Shown in pieces: positions 10,701 through 19,112 of a stretch of 64,000 nucleotides of DNA. Origin of the DNA: a virus; IMG/VR virus record IMGVR_UViG_3300009509_000006, positions 34,059 through 98,058 of that record; one strand, given 5' to 3'. A program made the position numbers and the translations under genes. The notes below the pieces were generated by a model. The model saw only the letters and a program-made list of their open reading frames with translations, was not told the DNA's origin and ran no database searches. Each line of letters begins with the position of its first letter. Within the stretch, counting starts at the first letter, position 1.

Positions 10701-12060
10701 AAAGCTTCTCGATGAGCCCACCCATCGGGCCGCCTTCCTTGACGATCTCGGTGAGCCGCTGGTTGAACTTCTTGAACTCCTTTGCCGAGTCCCGGACGAA
10801 TTCCCGCGCGGCAGGCCGAGCGATCTTGCGGAAGCCGTGCTCGAACGATTCGATCGCGCGGTCGTAGCGCTCTTGCAGGGTCAAACCAGAGCTGTGCGCC
10901 TCCCTTCCGAGCTTCCCGAGGTCCACGGTAGCGGTCTGGATGCTGCTCATCAGGTCGAGCGTTTTGTCGTCCGCGTGCTCCAGGAACATGAGGAAGTCAC
11001 CACCAATCTCCTCACCGAAGGCCTTCTGCATTTGCGTGCGGAGGTAGTTGACTGCCCCGGGTTGATCGTGGAGCATCTGCTCCCAACCACCGGCATTCTT
11101 GACGAGCTTGTTGAGCGCGATGCCGAATTCTGCGGGACCCTGTTTTAAGGCATCCATGGCGAACTGGACGTCGCCCGTCGAGCTCGTGAGACGCGAGAGC
11201 ATCTCTGGTAGTTGCTTGCCCTCCCCAGCCAGCATGTCCTGAAACTGTTGCCGCTGCTCGGTCATCGCGTTGGCAAGGCCGAGAGCCTTCTCCCTCGCAA
11301 CGTCAGAATCCTGCGAGAACTTGAACATGCCCGCGGACAACGCCATCGTCTGCTGCGCAAACGCCTTGGCCTGCTCGGGCGAGTCGCCGAGCAGCCTGCG
11401 CTGCTGCATCAGGTCCGTGAACTCCTTCATCTGATTGAACGCAGCGCCAATGTCTCCTTGGACTACGCCCATGGCATGCAGAGAGCCTACGAACTGCGCA
11501 ACCCCCTCTTCGCTCAGACCCACCTCGCGCGTCATGCGCATTGTCTGGTTCCGGATCAGGTCTGCGGATACGCCAAAGCCTTCGGCGAACCGAGCAACGT
11601 CTTTGGCGCCCTCGAGCCCGAGGGCCCGAAGCTCGTCGCCGGCCTCTTTGAAGGCACGAAGGGACTCGGCGGCAGTCTTGACATCCGTGTTGAGCGAATA
11701 TGCCATGCCCGCGGCCTTACCGGTGAAGTCCTTGAGCTCATCCCCGGTGAAGCCGAAGTTGGCACCCATGGCGCGGGCCTCCTTGCCCATACTCGCCATC
11801 TGCGATTCTAGCGACGTCGACAGGTTGATCCCTGTTTCAGCCGAGCTCGCGATGTCGCCGATCTTGTCCTTCAGCATGCCGACCGACTGCAAGAAGGTCT
11901 GCATCTTGAGCTGCCCGAGCATTGACTTCGTGGCGTCGCCCACGCCTCGAACAGCCCTTGAAACCGCTTCGAATCCCGCGCTGATCTTGTCCTGCATCCC
12001 GAGCAGGCCCTTGTCCTTCGCACCGAAGGAGAAGCCCAATCCCATAAAATTCAGCGCCAT
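7765..12060 (-). CDS. Tail tape measure protein
   Basis: 1431 aa, helical, with periodic W/F repeats and a LPWSSPPED-SSPLSKL motif; follows the tail chaperone. Confidence 0.92.
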   Translation of the reverse strand: MALNFMGLGFSFGAKDKGLLGMQDKISAGFEAVSRAVRGVGDATKSMLGQLKMQTFLQSVGMLKDKIGDIASSAETGINLSTSLESQMASMGKEARAMGANFGFTGDELKDFTGKAAGMAYSLNTDVKTAAESLRAFKEAGDELRALGLEGAKDVARFAEGFGVSADLIRNQTMRMTREVGLSEEGVAQFVGSLHAMGVVQGDIGAAFNQMKEFTDLMQQRRLLGDSPEQAKAFAQQTMALSAGMFKFSQDSDVAREKALGLANAMTEQRQQFQDMLAGEGKQLPEMLSRLTSSTGDVQFAMDALKQGPAEFGIALNKLVKNAGGWEQMLHDQPGAVNYLRTQMQKAFGEEIGGDFLMFLEHADDKTLDLMSSIQTATVDLGKLGREAHSSGLTLQERYDRAIESFEHGFRKIARPAAREFVRDSAKEFKKFNQRLTEIVKEGGPMGGLIEKLSEVHQIGVQAFIPKTLQPMSILFGRVVGEIAPALTALGAMGIKLDDLISPWGALTAVMGIGLIRFADLKAQGKTTSEALEIMVEDVKKVARVVGEVLVAAFDMAVDALSELGDYLYRQAYLIEWVFGGWENFWDNLIADFVGEAKGAPGRMAIVWDEILAVFDPTRGAKTKVGKAIELFVETFRMVFGGLYRSLAKLDWGSVMGRIGDFLGKAFVTLVNFVANLPWVGIAKALFGVVYGGLKLFGLMLQGIDWESIGMALRSAGQQLMTFIGDGVQRALPLVVSYYTTVSGALKALVSKIPWQSIFDTAFGTVESVLGFLLSDAVEGAISKVVVALLSAAGTVGQALITFVNSAFAFLGGLDLAALYGTFTEMAIGVAFSALYAVLPFVQSLLGQIPIWANQALEIILGFFGNLGPIVSGIADTLGDELRSFLPTAMPILIDFALSAWKFLFVDAPLKVIKYIPSLFAMIPELAWAGIKLVGDLVIGVLKGITEWFERRFPAVGAVMRNVVTKISDSWDGLKESVGLVFDFMNSLLDTWKQGWQAFSDWLTGIWNWLFGESIIPDWFASAFAFMGEVLDSFLSFFSEIITTLVEGASTHFTALKELITDVASSFQTAFFNAINWLATLPEWVSSSVQAYIVQPISDALSTIGDWVTGTFITPVISAGAAMYNAAVGFIGQFLEGLEKKWEDVKNFLTEKLDGLMEYLPWSSPPEDSSSPLSKLSKVGGGFVGELLLGFQESWPTLTTWMSASLAMLRANITTGLSGMGGSPDSPGEPLKVPLQVVVSEPDPTLSRIISDDTNTAMQIWSLWQTGMIGITSAFTNSMASKFEGLATDIQVSWGTAWGNILDMTDTAVTAIMADLDSARMALAALERIASSAQELQAGVEAAVTPTPAEVPPLDGLSIDEAMYQAIHFPKWYEDYKVKFERLIAAVEASGAKATPRKQGARLKTASSTARESGAFETGVARSGNMTRTRG

Positions 12061-12069
12061 GTGCCTCCC

Positions 12070-12273
12070 TCATCGTCGCCGGCGTCGAAGTCGTGCGCGG
12101 GACGCACGCTGCTGGTCCCGCTCTCGTTGGTCTGCCTCCACCAGAGAGCATATCAGTCTGTACCTGCGACCAGAAGGCATTCGTTTGACGGCTTCCTCTG
12201 TCTGGTTCACCCGCCCAATGAGGAAGAAGATCTCTTTTTCCAGCGAGCTTGCGACGCCGAAGGGAAGAAAAAA
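12070..12273 (-). CDS. Tail assembly chaperone extension (gpT/gpE'/gp51-like), probably made by -1 frameshift
   Basis: The -1 frame reads FFLPFGVASSLEKEIFFLIGRVNQTEEAVKRMPSGRRYRLI... It is entered at slippery T TTT TTC and ends just before the TMP ribosome-binding site. Confidence 0.7.
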   Translation of the reverse strand, partial: FFLPFGVASSLEKEIFFLIGRVNQTEEAVKRMPSGRRYRLICSLVEADQRERDQQRASRARLRRRRR

Positions 12274-13049
12274 CTCGGCTGCCCGGGATTGATGTCGAGC
12301 TCCCAGGGAATATTGCACCCCTGGCACTTGAGCTCCACCGTCGTGTCGACCCCGCCATCAACCTTGGCGAACTCGGCAGCGAGGTAGTCTCGGTCCTGCG
12401 AGTGCATGGCCTGCAGGTGCAACCGGTTGGGCGGCATGCCGTTGATGTCTGTGATCCGGAGCTGCAGCTCGACGCTGATCGGGGCCATGTCGCCGGAAAG
12501 CCGGTCCCGCTCCACCTCGGCATCCCCATCCACGCACTTGAATCGGACCAAGTCTCTCGAGTACGGCAACCTGACCTCGTAGAGGCGCTTCATAGGGTCC
12601 GCCATTGGCACCACCGGCAAAAGCCCCAGATCGTAGTTGAACGTGTTCATGTGCGAGCAGGTCGCCCTGGGGCACCTCTCGCGGAACGGGAACATATCGC
12701 CGTGCGTCACCCGGCGGATCCCGAAGAAAAGAAAGGTTCTGTCGCCAATAAGAAGCTTTCTTGTCAGCCCCTGAATCAGGCGCCTCTCCTCAATGTAGAG
12801 ACCCTGCTCCGGGTTGCCCACCCTCTCGATGCACGCACCAAGCAGCAGATCCATCTTGCGATCGGCCGGCACGTGCTTCGAAGACAGCATGTCCTCTTCC
12901 ACGCCTGTTGTTCCGCGCAGCTTCACCTCAGTGTGCAGCACATTGTTCTCGTCAATGTAGCCACACGGCATGGTGAACACCCCGATGTCCGAGGACGGCT
13001 CCTTCAATTGGCTCTCGATGAGCCCTTCTACTGCTATCGTGTCAGACAT
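12207..13049 (-). CDS. Tail assembly chaperone / baseplate hub assembly protein (T4 gp26-like)
   Basis: LLIGDRTFLFFGIRRVTHG, two Cys pairs and C-terminal SFFFP; position between the tube and TMP genes. Confidence 0.85.
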   Translation of the reverse strand: MSDTIAVEGLIESQLKEPSSDIGVFTMPCGYIDENNVLHTEVKLRGTTGVEEDMLSSKHVPADRKMDLLLGACIERVGNPEQGLYIEERRLIQGLTRKLLIGDRTFLFFGIRRVTHGDMFPFRERCPRATCSHMNTFNYDLGLLPVVPMADPMKRLYEVRLPYSRDLVRFKCVDGDAEVERDRLSGDMAPISVELQLRITDINGMPPNRLHLQAMHSQDRDYLAAEFAKVDGGVDTTVELKCQGCNIPWELDINPGQPSFFFPSASQARWKKRSSSSLGG

Positions 13050-13593
13050 TTCGCCCCCCGACCTCGTCCCAGGCTTCGAGCCACATCATGAGAAGGGCCT
13101 TGGTCGTCTCCGTCACCGTCAGGCCTTCGCCGCGCGCCAGCCCCTTGAACTGCATGTACGTGTCCTTGCCCACCCAGACGTTCACCTTCACATCCGCCTG
13201 GACATCCTGGTAGTTGACCAGGTCGCTGTACAGCTCCCGCTTGTCCACGAAGCGCACCATGAGATAGCGCACCAGGCTCGAGAGCGAGTTGTACCGGTTC
13301 TTGCCCTTCAGGACAGCGCGAAGGCGCTCGTACAACTCCCGGGACATGAAAAAATTCACAGCCCGTGACGGCTCCTTCTCGTTCGACGACAAGTCGCACG
13401 CGAAGTCGCAGGTGCGACACAGCAGAACCGAGTTCGACACAGCCACCTGGCCGCCGAGGTCCTCCGGCACAACCAGGCGCACGACCAGTCGATCCGTTTC
13501 CCCGCAGTTCACACAGCGCGACCCGTGATGGAGCCACACCGCCCGCTCGAACGGAATCCCGTTCGCCTCCAACACTTCAATTTCTTCTCTCAT
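13042..13593 (-). CDS. Degenerate HNH-like Zn finger fused to two ribbon-helix-helix-like domains (putative regulator)
   Basis: CVNCG...VPEDLGG...SNSVLLCRTC; RHH-like segments AVNFFMSRELYERL...SLSSLVRYLM and VNVWVGKDTYMQFK...TVTETTKALL. Confidence 0.6.
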   Translation of the reverse strand: MREEIEVLEANGIPFERAVWLHHGSRCVNCGETDRLVVRLVVPEDLGGQVAVSNSVLLCRTCDFACDLSSNEKEPSRAVNFFMSRELYERLRAVLKGKNRYNSLSSLVRYLMVRFVDKRELYSDLVNYQDVQADVKVNVWVGKDTYMQFKGLARGEGLTVTETTKALLMMWLEAWDEVGGRNV

Positions 13594-13603
13594 CGACCTC
13601 CTC

Positions 13604-13656
13604 CACGGTTACACTACCTCTGATAGATGTATATCAACCGTGAAGTAAGGTCAATT
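13604..13656 (-). promoter_or_regulatory. AT-rich intergenic promoter/operator with two inverted repeats
   Basis: CACGGTT (13604) pairs with AACCGTG (13642); TGATA-N6-TATCA at 13621-13636; TTGACC on the minus strand. Confidence 0.45.
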
Positions 13657-13658
13657 CT

Positions 13659-13835
13659 CTATCGCCGCCTGCGTTTCTTGCGGGCTCGCTTCAAGCGCAT
13701 GAACACGGACATGTCGTCGGGGTCGAGGATCCACGAGTCGGGCACACTTCGCAGAGGCGGGAAAGTGGCCTTTGTGAAGTAGCCCACGTTGGCGGTCGTG
13801 GTCTGCTCGCTCATGCGCCAGCGTCTTCGTGCCAC
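13659..13835 (-). CDS. 58-aa protein resembling the major capsid N-terminus, with a basic tail
   Basis: My translation: MARRRWRMSEQTTTANVGYFTKATFPPLRSVPDSWILDPDDMSVFMRLKRARKKRRRR. GTG start 1 nt after the tube gene stop; below the ORF track size cutoff. Confidence 0.65.
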   Translation of the reverse strand: MARRRWRMSEQTTTANVGYFTKATFPPLRSVPDSWILDPDDMSVFMRLKRARKKRRRR

Positions 13836-13836
13836 G

Positions 13837-14601
13837 TCAACCCCCTGCGAGCGAGACCTCGGTGAACTGCTCGACCTCGATGTCGAGCTCCATGATGCTC
13901 ACCTCGCTCGACATGGCATCGAAGTCGCTGGCGACCTTGTACCGGGTCGGAATGCAACTCTTGAGCTTCCACGCTCGAGCGGGAAGGCGATCAACCTTCG
14001 CGCCCAGGCCTCCGAAGTCGAGAGCGGCGCCCAACGCCGTAGCTGCTCCAGTGAGTGTAGGGCCGCCGAAGAGCCCCGCCAGCAGGATCCCGAATCCGAG
14101 GCCCGCGTTGCCGAGCCCGTAGTGCGCGAAAGTCTGCACGAGGAGGAGGTCTCGGCGATACGTCACGCCGCCGATCCTCGGAAACCCGAAGAGGCCGCCT
14201 ACAGAGGCAAGGGCGAGCGCAGCAGTTCCTACGTTCTCGCCAATACCCTCGCTCAAGGCGCCGCCTCCGATCGTCAACGAGAGCCCGTACTGCTTCGACT
14301 GGAAGTCCTCGGTGTCGCCAGAGACGGCAGTCTTGATCCAGCGGTAGAAGTCGGAGTCGTAGAAGAGCGCGCCCCTCTGAAGCGTCATAGTGGACACGCC
14401 TGCCGCCTTGACGACCTTCCGCGGGTAGGGCCAGTTCCCTTCCTGGATGGTCTCGAACTCGACGTAGAGCTCGGGCGCAGTGATCTCAGAGAAGCCGAAC
14501 AGGGGCGTGAATATGGGGAGCGCGAGCGCCTCGATCGGGGCCACGTCAATCAAGTAGAACGGATACACCTGCAAGTGGTCTTGCAGGGCCGATCTGGTCA
14601 T
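13837..14601 (-). CDS. Tail tube protein 2 (gp19/Afp-like) with Gly-rich hydrophobic insertions
   Basis: GFSEITAPE, EGN, TLQRG, RRDL and AWKLKSCIPTRYK...DFDAMSSEVSIMELDI motifs. Confidence 0.85.
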   Translation of the reverse strand: MTRSALQDHLQVYPFYLIDVAPIEALALPIFTPLFGFSEITAPELYVEFETIQEGNWPYPRKVVKAAGVSTMTLQRGALFYDSDFYRWIKTAVSGDTEDFQSKQYGLSLTIGGGALSEGIGENVGTAALALASVGGLFGFPRIGGVTYRRDLLLVQTFAHYGLGNAGLGFGILLAGLFGGPTLTGAATALGAALDFGGLGAKVDRLPARAWKLKSCIPTRYKVASDFDAMSSEVSIMELDIEVEQFTEVSLAGG

Positions 14602-14619
14602 GGTGACCCCTCACTGGAA

Positions 14620-15174
14620 TCAGGGAGCGTACTCGATGCTCTCGACATTCTCGTAGGCGATGTCCAGCTCCTGGATCGAGACTTCGGACGAAGTGGCGTC
14701 GAGGTCGCCACTGAACTTGTGACGTGTCGGGAAGGACTGGTGCAGGATGAACTGCCGTCCCGTCCCGGCGTCCAGGTTGAGCTTCGTCTGGTTCTCGCCC
14801 CCGGCGCCCGGGAAGCCACGGCTCAGCGTGTTCTCGCGGTGGAACTGCGTGATGAGCACCTTCGCGCGGTACTCGCCCGATCCCTCGATCACAACACGGA
14901 GCCAGTCCCAGAAGGCCGAGCTCTGTCTGGTCACACCACGGCTGAATGTGCAATCCGACATGCTCGGCTTGCCCGGATACTTGCGGGTGTAGATGTCGGT
15001 CCCTTCGGAGTACTCGGCCGGCTCGACCGTGACCTCGGGCGTGGTGATTGCCGAGAAGCCCGCCTGCGGGTAGCCGGGGATGCGCTGGAAGTACAGGCGC
15101 TCCCCGATCCCGATGGCGTCCGCGTGGAACCGGAAGCCCTGAAGGAAATCGGAAGATTCTGGTCTCGACGACAT
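14620..15174 (-). CDS. Tail tube protein 1 (gp19/Afp-like)
   Basis: AGFSAITTPE, YSEG...KYPGK, FSRGV and DLDATSSEVSIQELDIAYE motifs. Confidence 0.92.
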   Translation of the reverse strand: MSSRPESSDFLQGFRFHADAIGIGERLYFQRIPGYPQAGFSAITTPEVTVEPAEYSEGTDIYTRKYPGKPSMSDCTFSRGVTRQSSAFWDWLRVVIEGSGEYRAKVLITQFHRENTLSRGFPGAGGENQTKLNLDAGTGRQFILHQSFPTRHKFSGDLDATSSEVSIQELDIAYENVESIEYAP

Positions 15175-15226
15175 AGTCGACCTCTTGCTTGTGCGTCAGA
15201 GAAATGGACTCCCGGCATCAGAAGGA

Positions 15227-15835
15227 TCAGGACTCACGACGGATCAGGACGAAGACTTCTCCGACCGCAGTGCTGTCGCTCCGATACACGAACAGACCCT
15301 TGGTGACTGCCGGAGTTGCCACCGCAGAGGCATTGTCCGAAGCGTCGGCACGCCCCAGGGAGGTACTGTCCATCGTGGCGAGCACATTCCCAGCACCAGC
15401 CGCCTCGTCCCGGAGCTCCCACGTGCCAGCCACCGCAGTGCTGATCTTCGCCCAGGCATCAACGACGCGGAACTTGTAGGGCAGGTTGTCGAGGGCATAG
15501 GCGACCACGTCATCAGCGCCACCACCGCCAACAGGGCAATTGATGCGAAGGAGAGCCACGCCGGAAAGCAGAGCTGCCGCGGCGACTTCCTGGAAGTCGT
15601 CACCGGTGATCGAGTTCGGCGGGGCCATCAGACCCGAGGCGAGCTCGTCGGCTGTGTACTCGATGGAAAAGGAGATGTTGCCCAGGGCGAGCTGCTCCTG
15701 AACAACGCGGAGACCGGGCACCTCGGAAGGCGACCGGTTCTCGAGCTCGAGCGTCGCGCCACCGGGGAGCGTGTAGTAGAAGTCGCCCAGGTGGATCGCG
15801 TCGCTGGTCAGGTTGACGATCGTGAACTTTGCCAT
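15227..15835 (-). CDS. Hypothetical virion structural protein
   Basis: GGAGGT ribosome-binding site; position between sheath and tube genes; beta-rich C-terminus. Confidence 0.7.
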   Translation of the reverse strand: MAKFTIVNLTSDAIHLGDFYYTLPGGATLELENRSPSEVPGLRVVQEQLALGNISFSIEYTADELASGLMAPPNSITGDDFQEVAAAALLSGVALLRINCPVGGGGADDVVAYALDNLPYKFRVVDAWAKISTAVAGTWELRDEAAGAGNVLATMDSTSLGRADASDNASAVATPAVTKGLFVYRSDSTAVGEVFVLIRRES

Positions 15836-15890
15836 CTCTTGAGACCTCCATACCGGAAGGCGGAACCGGGCCCTGTGGCCCAGGCGCCTA

Positions 15891-18800
15891 TCAGGTCAAC
15901 GTCTTCTGCGTGAATCGGAACCGCACGAACTCGGCAGGCTTCTGTGGCGCCAGAGCGATGTCAATGATCACCTGGCCAGCGTCGATGCTCTCTGGAGAGT
16001 TGTTCGTGCTGTCCACCGTGACGATGAAGGCCTCGGAAGGCTGGGCGCCTGCCAGGATGCCTTCGTTGAACAGATTGAGGAAGAAGCCCTCGAGCTGCGC
16101 CTTGATCCGGGTCCACAGGGCCGGGCCGTTGTTCTCGAACACGATCCAGAACGTCGAGTTGTAGACGCTCCGCTCGGCAAACATGAACATCCGCCGCGTC
16201 GAAATGTAGCGCCAATCGCTCTGATTCGAGATCGTGCGAACGCCCCAGACAGCTCGGCCGGTCGCCGCGCTTGCGATGAGCGGGTTGATCTTGTTCGGGT
16301 AGACCGTGTTCCGCTCTTCGATGTCGGGCTCGGTCTCGAGACCCGTGACGAAGCGGAGCTGGCCGTCGACGACTCCACCGGGAGCCTTGCCGACGTTGCG
16401 GTCGTTGTCGGTCCGCGCGTAGATCCCAGCGATGTGCCCCAGAGGCGGGATCAGAAGGTCTCGGTTGTCCGATAGCGGATCCGCGATCTTCACCCACGGC
16501 CAATACAGGGCGGCCCACTTCGAGAAGCGTTGGAGCGTGTACCGGAACCAGCTGACCGCCTCTTGTGCGGTGAGCGCGGACGGAACGGCCAGGATAGCGA
16601 AGCGGTCGCCACCGTGCGGGAGCGCTTCCCGAGCGTCGCAGTAGTCGAGGATGTCGCCCGTGATCGTCGTGTCGCCGGCCCAGTCTGGCACGATCAACTG
16701 CAAGAGCTCGTCGACCTTGTTGAACGCGAAGATGCCTTCGTAGTTCGGGCTGAGAGTCGGGCTCGTGAACTGGTTTCGCCCCCACTGTGTCGTCGAAGTG
16801 AACGTCCCGTTCGTCCCTTCTGCGTAGCCCTTGGTCGTGTCGCCAAAGTCTTCGTCGTGCTGCGTCTCTTCGGGCTCGGTGTAGTAGTTCAGGACGGCGA
16901 GCGTCCCGTTCTTGATCGGGTGCCCGGCGACCACCGTCACGTCGATCAAGCCGCTCGAGTACGTGATCTCGTTCGTTCCGGCGGCATCGATGTCCCCGGT
17001 CAGATTGCCGGCCCCGTCATCGATGATCGTGCGAGTGCTGTCGTCCGTCGCCGACGTGTACGTGAGCGAGAAGGTGCGAGGCTGCACGGGGGCGTTTCCG
17101 ACATAGTCCTGGATCGTTCGACCGCCCGTTGTCTCGTCCCCGCCGACCAGAACTCGATAGCGCGGGACAGCCTGGAGCTGCCCCGGAGCCTCGTTGCCTC
17201 CGGGCTCGTTGACCACGACCAGATCCGAGAGATCGTTGACCACATCGGCGAAGAACTTGGTCGAGGTGTCGTCCGAGAAGTCGAGCTCTTCGTAGGGCTC
17301 GCTGATCGAGTAGTCCTGGAGCGAGCTGTTGTACTCCAGCACCTGGAAGTCGAAGCGGCTGAACTGCCCGGTCTCCGCAGTGTAGTAGTCGACGTTGCCC
17401 TTCACACGCAGGCGCACGTCATTGCCCCACTCTCCACGAGAGGACGGGTCGAGGTCCCAGGCGTAGATGTTGTAAGTCCACAGGATCGGGCCGCCGTTCC
17501 CGGCGCCAGTGGGGCCAATGGGTGCCGTCGAGAAGTTGAGCGTGTACGACCCGTCGTCGTAGTCGACAACAGAGGCCGCGGCAACATCCCCTGTGATGTT
17601 CCCGGCACCATCATCCGTCGCGGTCTTGGTGTCGCTCGCGAGGTCATAGTCCGCCGTCACAAGCGAGTTGGCATCGATGGCCACGGCGGTGCGCAGAGAC
17701 CACACACCGGTGCGGCAATCCATGATGGCGTACACACCCGAGGGAGGAGGTGTCGCAGCCGTCGCATAGGTCCAACGGTCGATCTTCACCGAAAGAACCG
17801 CTGTGCGAGGTGTTCCGCCTGCTTCCCACTTGAGGGTCACACTCCCACCAAGGTAGGAGAACAACGCCTCGTCGAGACCCGGACCATCGACGCCTCCGGT
17901 CGGTTGCGTCACCGTGATCGCGCCACCGGTCGTGTTCTCGGCCCACGAGGTAACGTTCCCTGCCGTTCCGGGGTTCGTGTTGTAGATGTCGACCTGGGAC
18001 AGGCTCGCGTTCTGCGTCGCGGACTTCAACGTGAGGCCGGAGGCCACACCATTGATCGCCGCACGCATGGCTTCGGCGACATCGTCTGTGGAAGCGACGG
18101 CGCTGATATCGACGGGGACGTTTCCAGCAGTCACCGAGGAATCGTCGTCGAACTCGAACACGGTCGGCGTGTTGATCCCGTCGTCCAGCGTGAACGTATC
18201 ACCATCGACGATCTGCAGAGCGCCGAACGCCGTGACGACCATGCGACCGTCGGCACCTCTGCCGTCCGGGAGCTGTCCTCCAAACTTCGTGGAAGACCCA
18301 TCCCCAACAACCGCACCAGTTCGGCCGCTCGCGTTCGACACGGCGCTCGTCGGCGACGACCCGAGCTCACGCCACCGAATCTCGACAGATTCGGGCACGA
18401 TAGGGGTGTCGCCGTCATTGACTTTCAGCCCGGTTGTGATCGCGGTCTTCGAGAATGCGGTCGTGGTCCCGTCGCCCGTCTCAGCTTCGTAGTCGTATTG
18501 CTTCGACTGAATCTTGGCCTCGGCGAGCGTCGCGTCCCCTGGCACGACACGGACAATGTAGGCGCGCCTTCCTCCGTTCGCGAAGTAGGCCGCCATGGAA
18601 TGGCCCAGGAAGCTCTCTTGCGTGAGCGCCCCGAACTTTCGGGTGTAGTCGTCGAAAGACGTCACCAGCGTTGCAAGATTCTCGGGCCCCTTGGGCGAGT
18701 AGCCGAGGCCGCCAACGGTGGAGGTCGAGACCCCCTGGATCACTTGCACCTGGGACGGCACCTCTTCGATGAAGACGCCAGCACTCAGGATCTCTGCCAC
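15891..18800 (-). CDS. Contractile tail sheath protein (gp18/FI) with inserted domains
   Basis: SAGVFIEEV, KGPEN, YFANGGRRAYIVRV, ALYWPW, PPLGHIAGIYARTD, WGVRT, WRYISTRR and KPAEFVRFRF motifs. Confidence 0.97.
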   Translation of the reverse strand: MAEILSAGVFIEEVPSQVQVIQGVSTSTVGGLGYSPKGPENLATLVTSFDDYTRKFGALTQESFLGHSMAAYFANGGRRAYIVRVVPGDATLAEAKIQSKQYDYEAETGDGTTTAFSKTAITTGLKVNDGDTPIVPESVEIRWRELGSSPTSAVSNASGRTGAVVGDGSSTKFGGQLPDGRGADGRMVVTAFGALQIVDGDTFTLDDGINTPTVFEFDDDSSVTAGNVPVDISAVASTDDVAEAMRAAINGVASGLTLKSATQNASLSQVDIYNTNPGTAGNVTSWAENTTGGAITVTQPTGGVDGPGLDEALFSYLGGSVTLKWEAGGTPRTAVLSVKIDRWTYATAATPPPSGVYAIMDCRTGVWSLRTAVAIDANSLVTADYDLASDTKTATDDGAGNITGDVAAASVVDYDDGSYTLNFSTAPIGPTGAGNGGPILWTYNIYAWDLDPSSRGEWGNDVRLRVKGNVDYYTAETGQFSRFDFQVLEYNSSLQDYSISEPYEELDFSDDTSTKFFADVVNDLSDLVVVNEPGGNEAPGQLQAVPRYRVLVGGDETTGGRTIQDYVGNAPVQPRTFSLTYTSATDDSTRTIIDDGAGNLTGDIDAAGTNEITYSSGLIDVTVVAGHPIKNGTLAVLNYYTEPEETQHDEDFGDTTKGYAEGTNGTFTSTTQWGRNQFTSPTLSPNYEGIFAFNKVDELLQLIVPDWAGDTTITGDILDYCDAREALPHGGDRFAILAVPSALTAQEAVSWFRYTLQRFSKWAALYWPWVKIADPLSDNRDLLIPPLGHIAGIYARTDNDRNVGKAPGGVVDGQLRFVTGLETEPDIEERNTVYPNKINPLIASAATGRAVWGVRTISNQSDWRYISTRRMFMFAERSVYNSTFWIVFENNGPALWTRIKAQLEGFFLNLFNEGILAGAQPSEAFIVTVDSTNNSPESIDAGQVIIDIALAPQKPAEFVRFRFTQKTLT

Positions 18801-18812
18801 TGTATCCTCCTA

Positions 18813-19112
18813 TCAGCCCTTCTTGCTCGTCGCCTTTTTCTTGCTTGTCGTCCTCTTCTTCGGAGCCGGCTTATCGGGCTTCGGCTCGGGCTCGACAGGA
18901 GCAGACGCCGTCGCGGGTACGGGCTCAGGCTCGGGGTCTGGTTTCGGGGCTCTCCGAGCGAGAATGCGGAGCTTGTACAGCCGCACAAGCTCCGGCGAGC
19001 CCTCGAGCTCCTCGGGCACCTCGACCCACTTCCGCGGAGGGAAGCTCTGCGAACTGCCGTCTCTCAGAGTAGCGGCACGTGGGCTCCGCGTCTTGTTGTA
19101 GTAGCTAGCCAT
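18813..19112 (-). CDS. Small hypothetical protein with Pro/Lys-rich tail
   Basis: Coupled ORF immediately upstream of the sheath gene. Confidence 0.7.
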   Translation of the reverse strand: MASYYNKTRSPRAATLRDGSSQSFPPRKWVEVPEELEGSPELVRLYKLRILARRAPKPDPEPEPVPATASAPVEPEPKPDKPAPKKRTTSKKKATSKKG

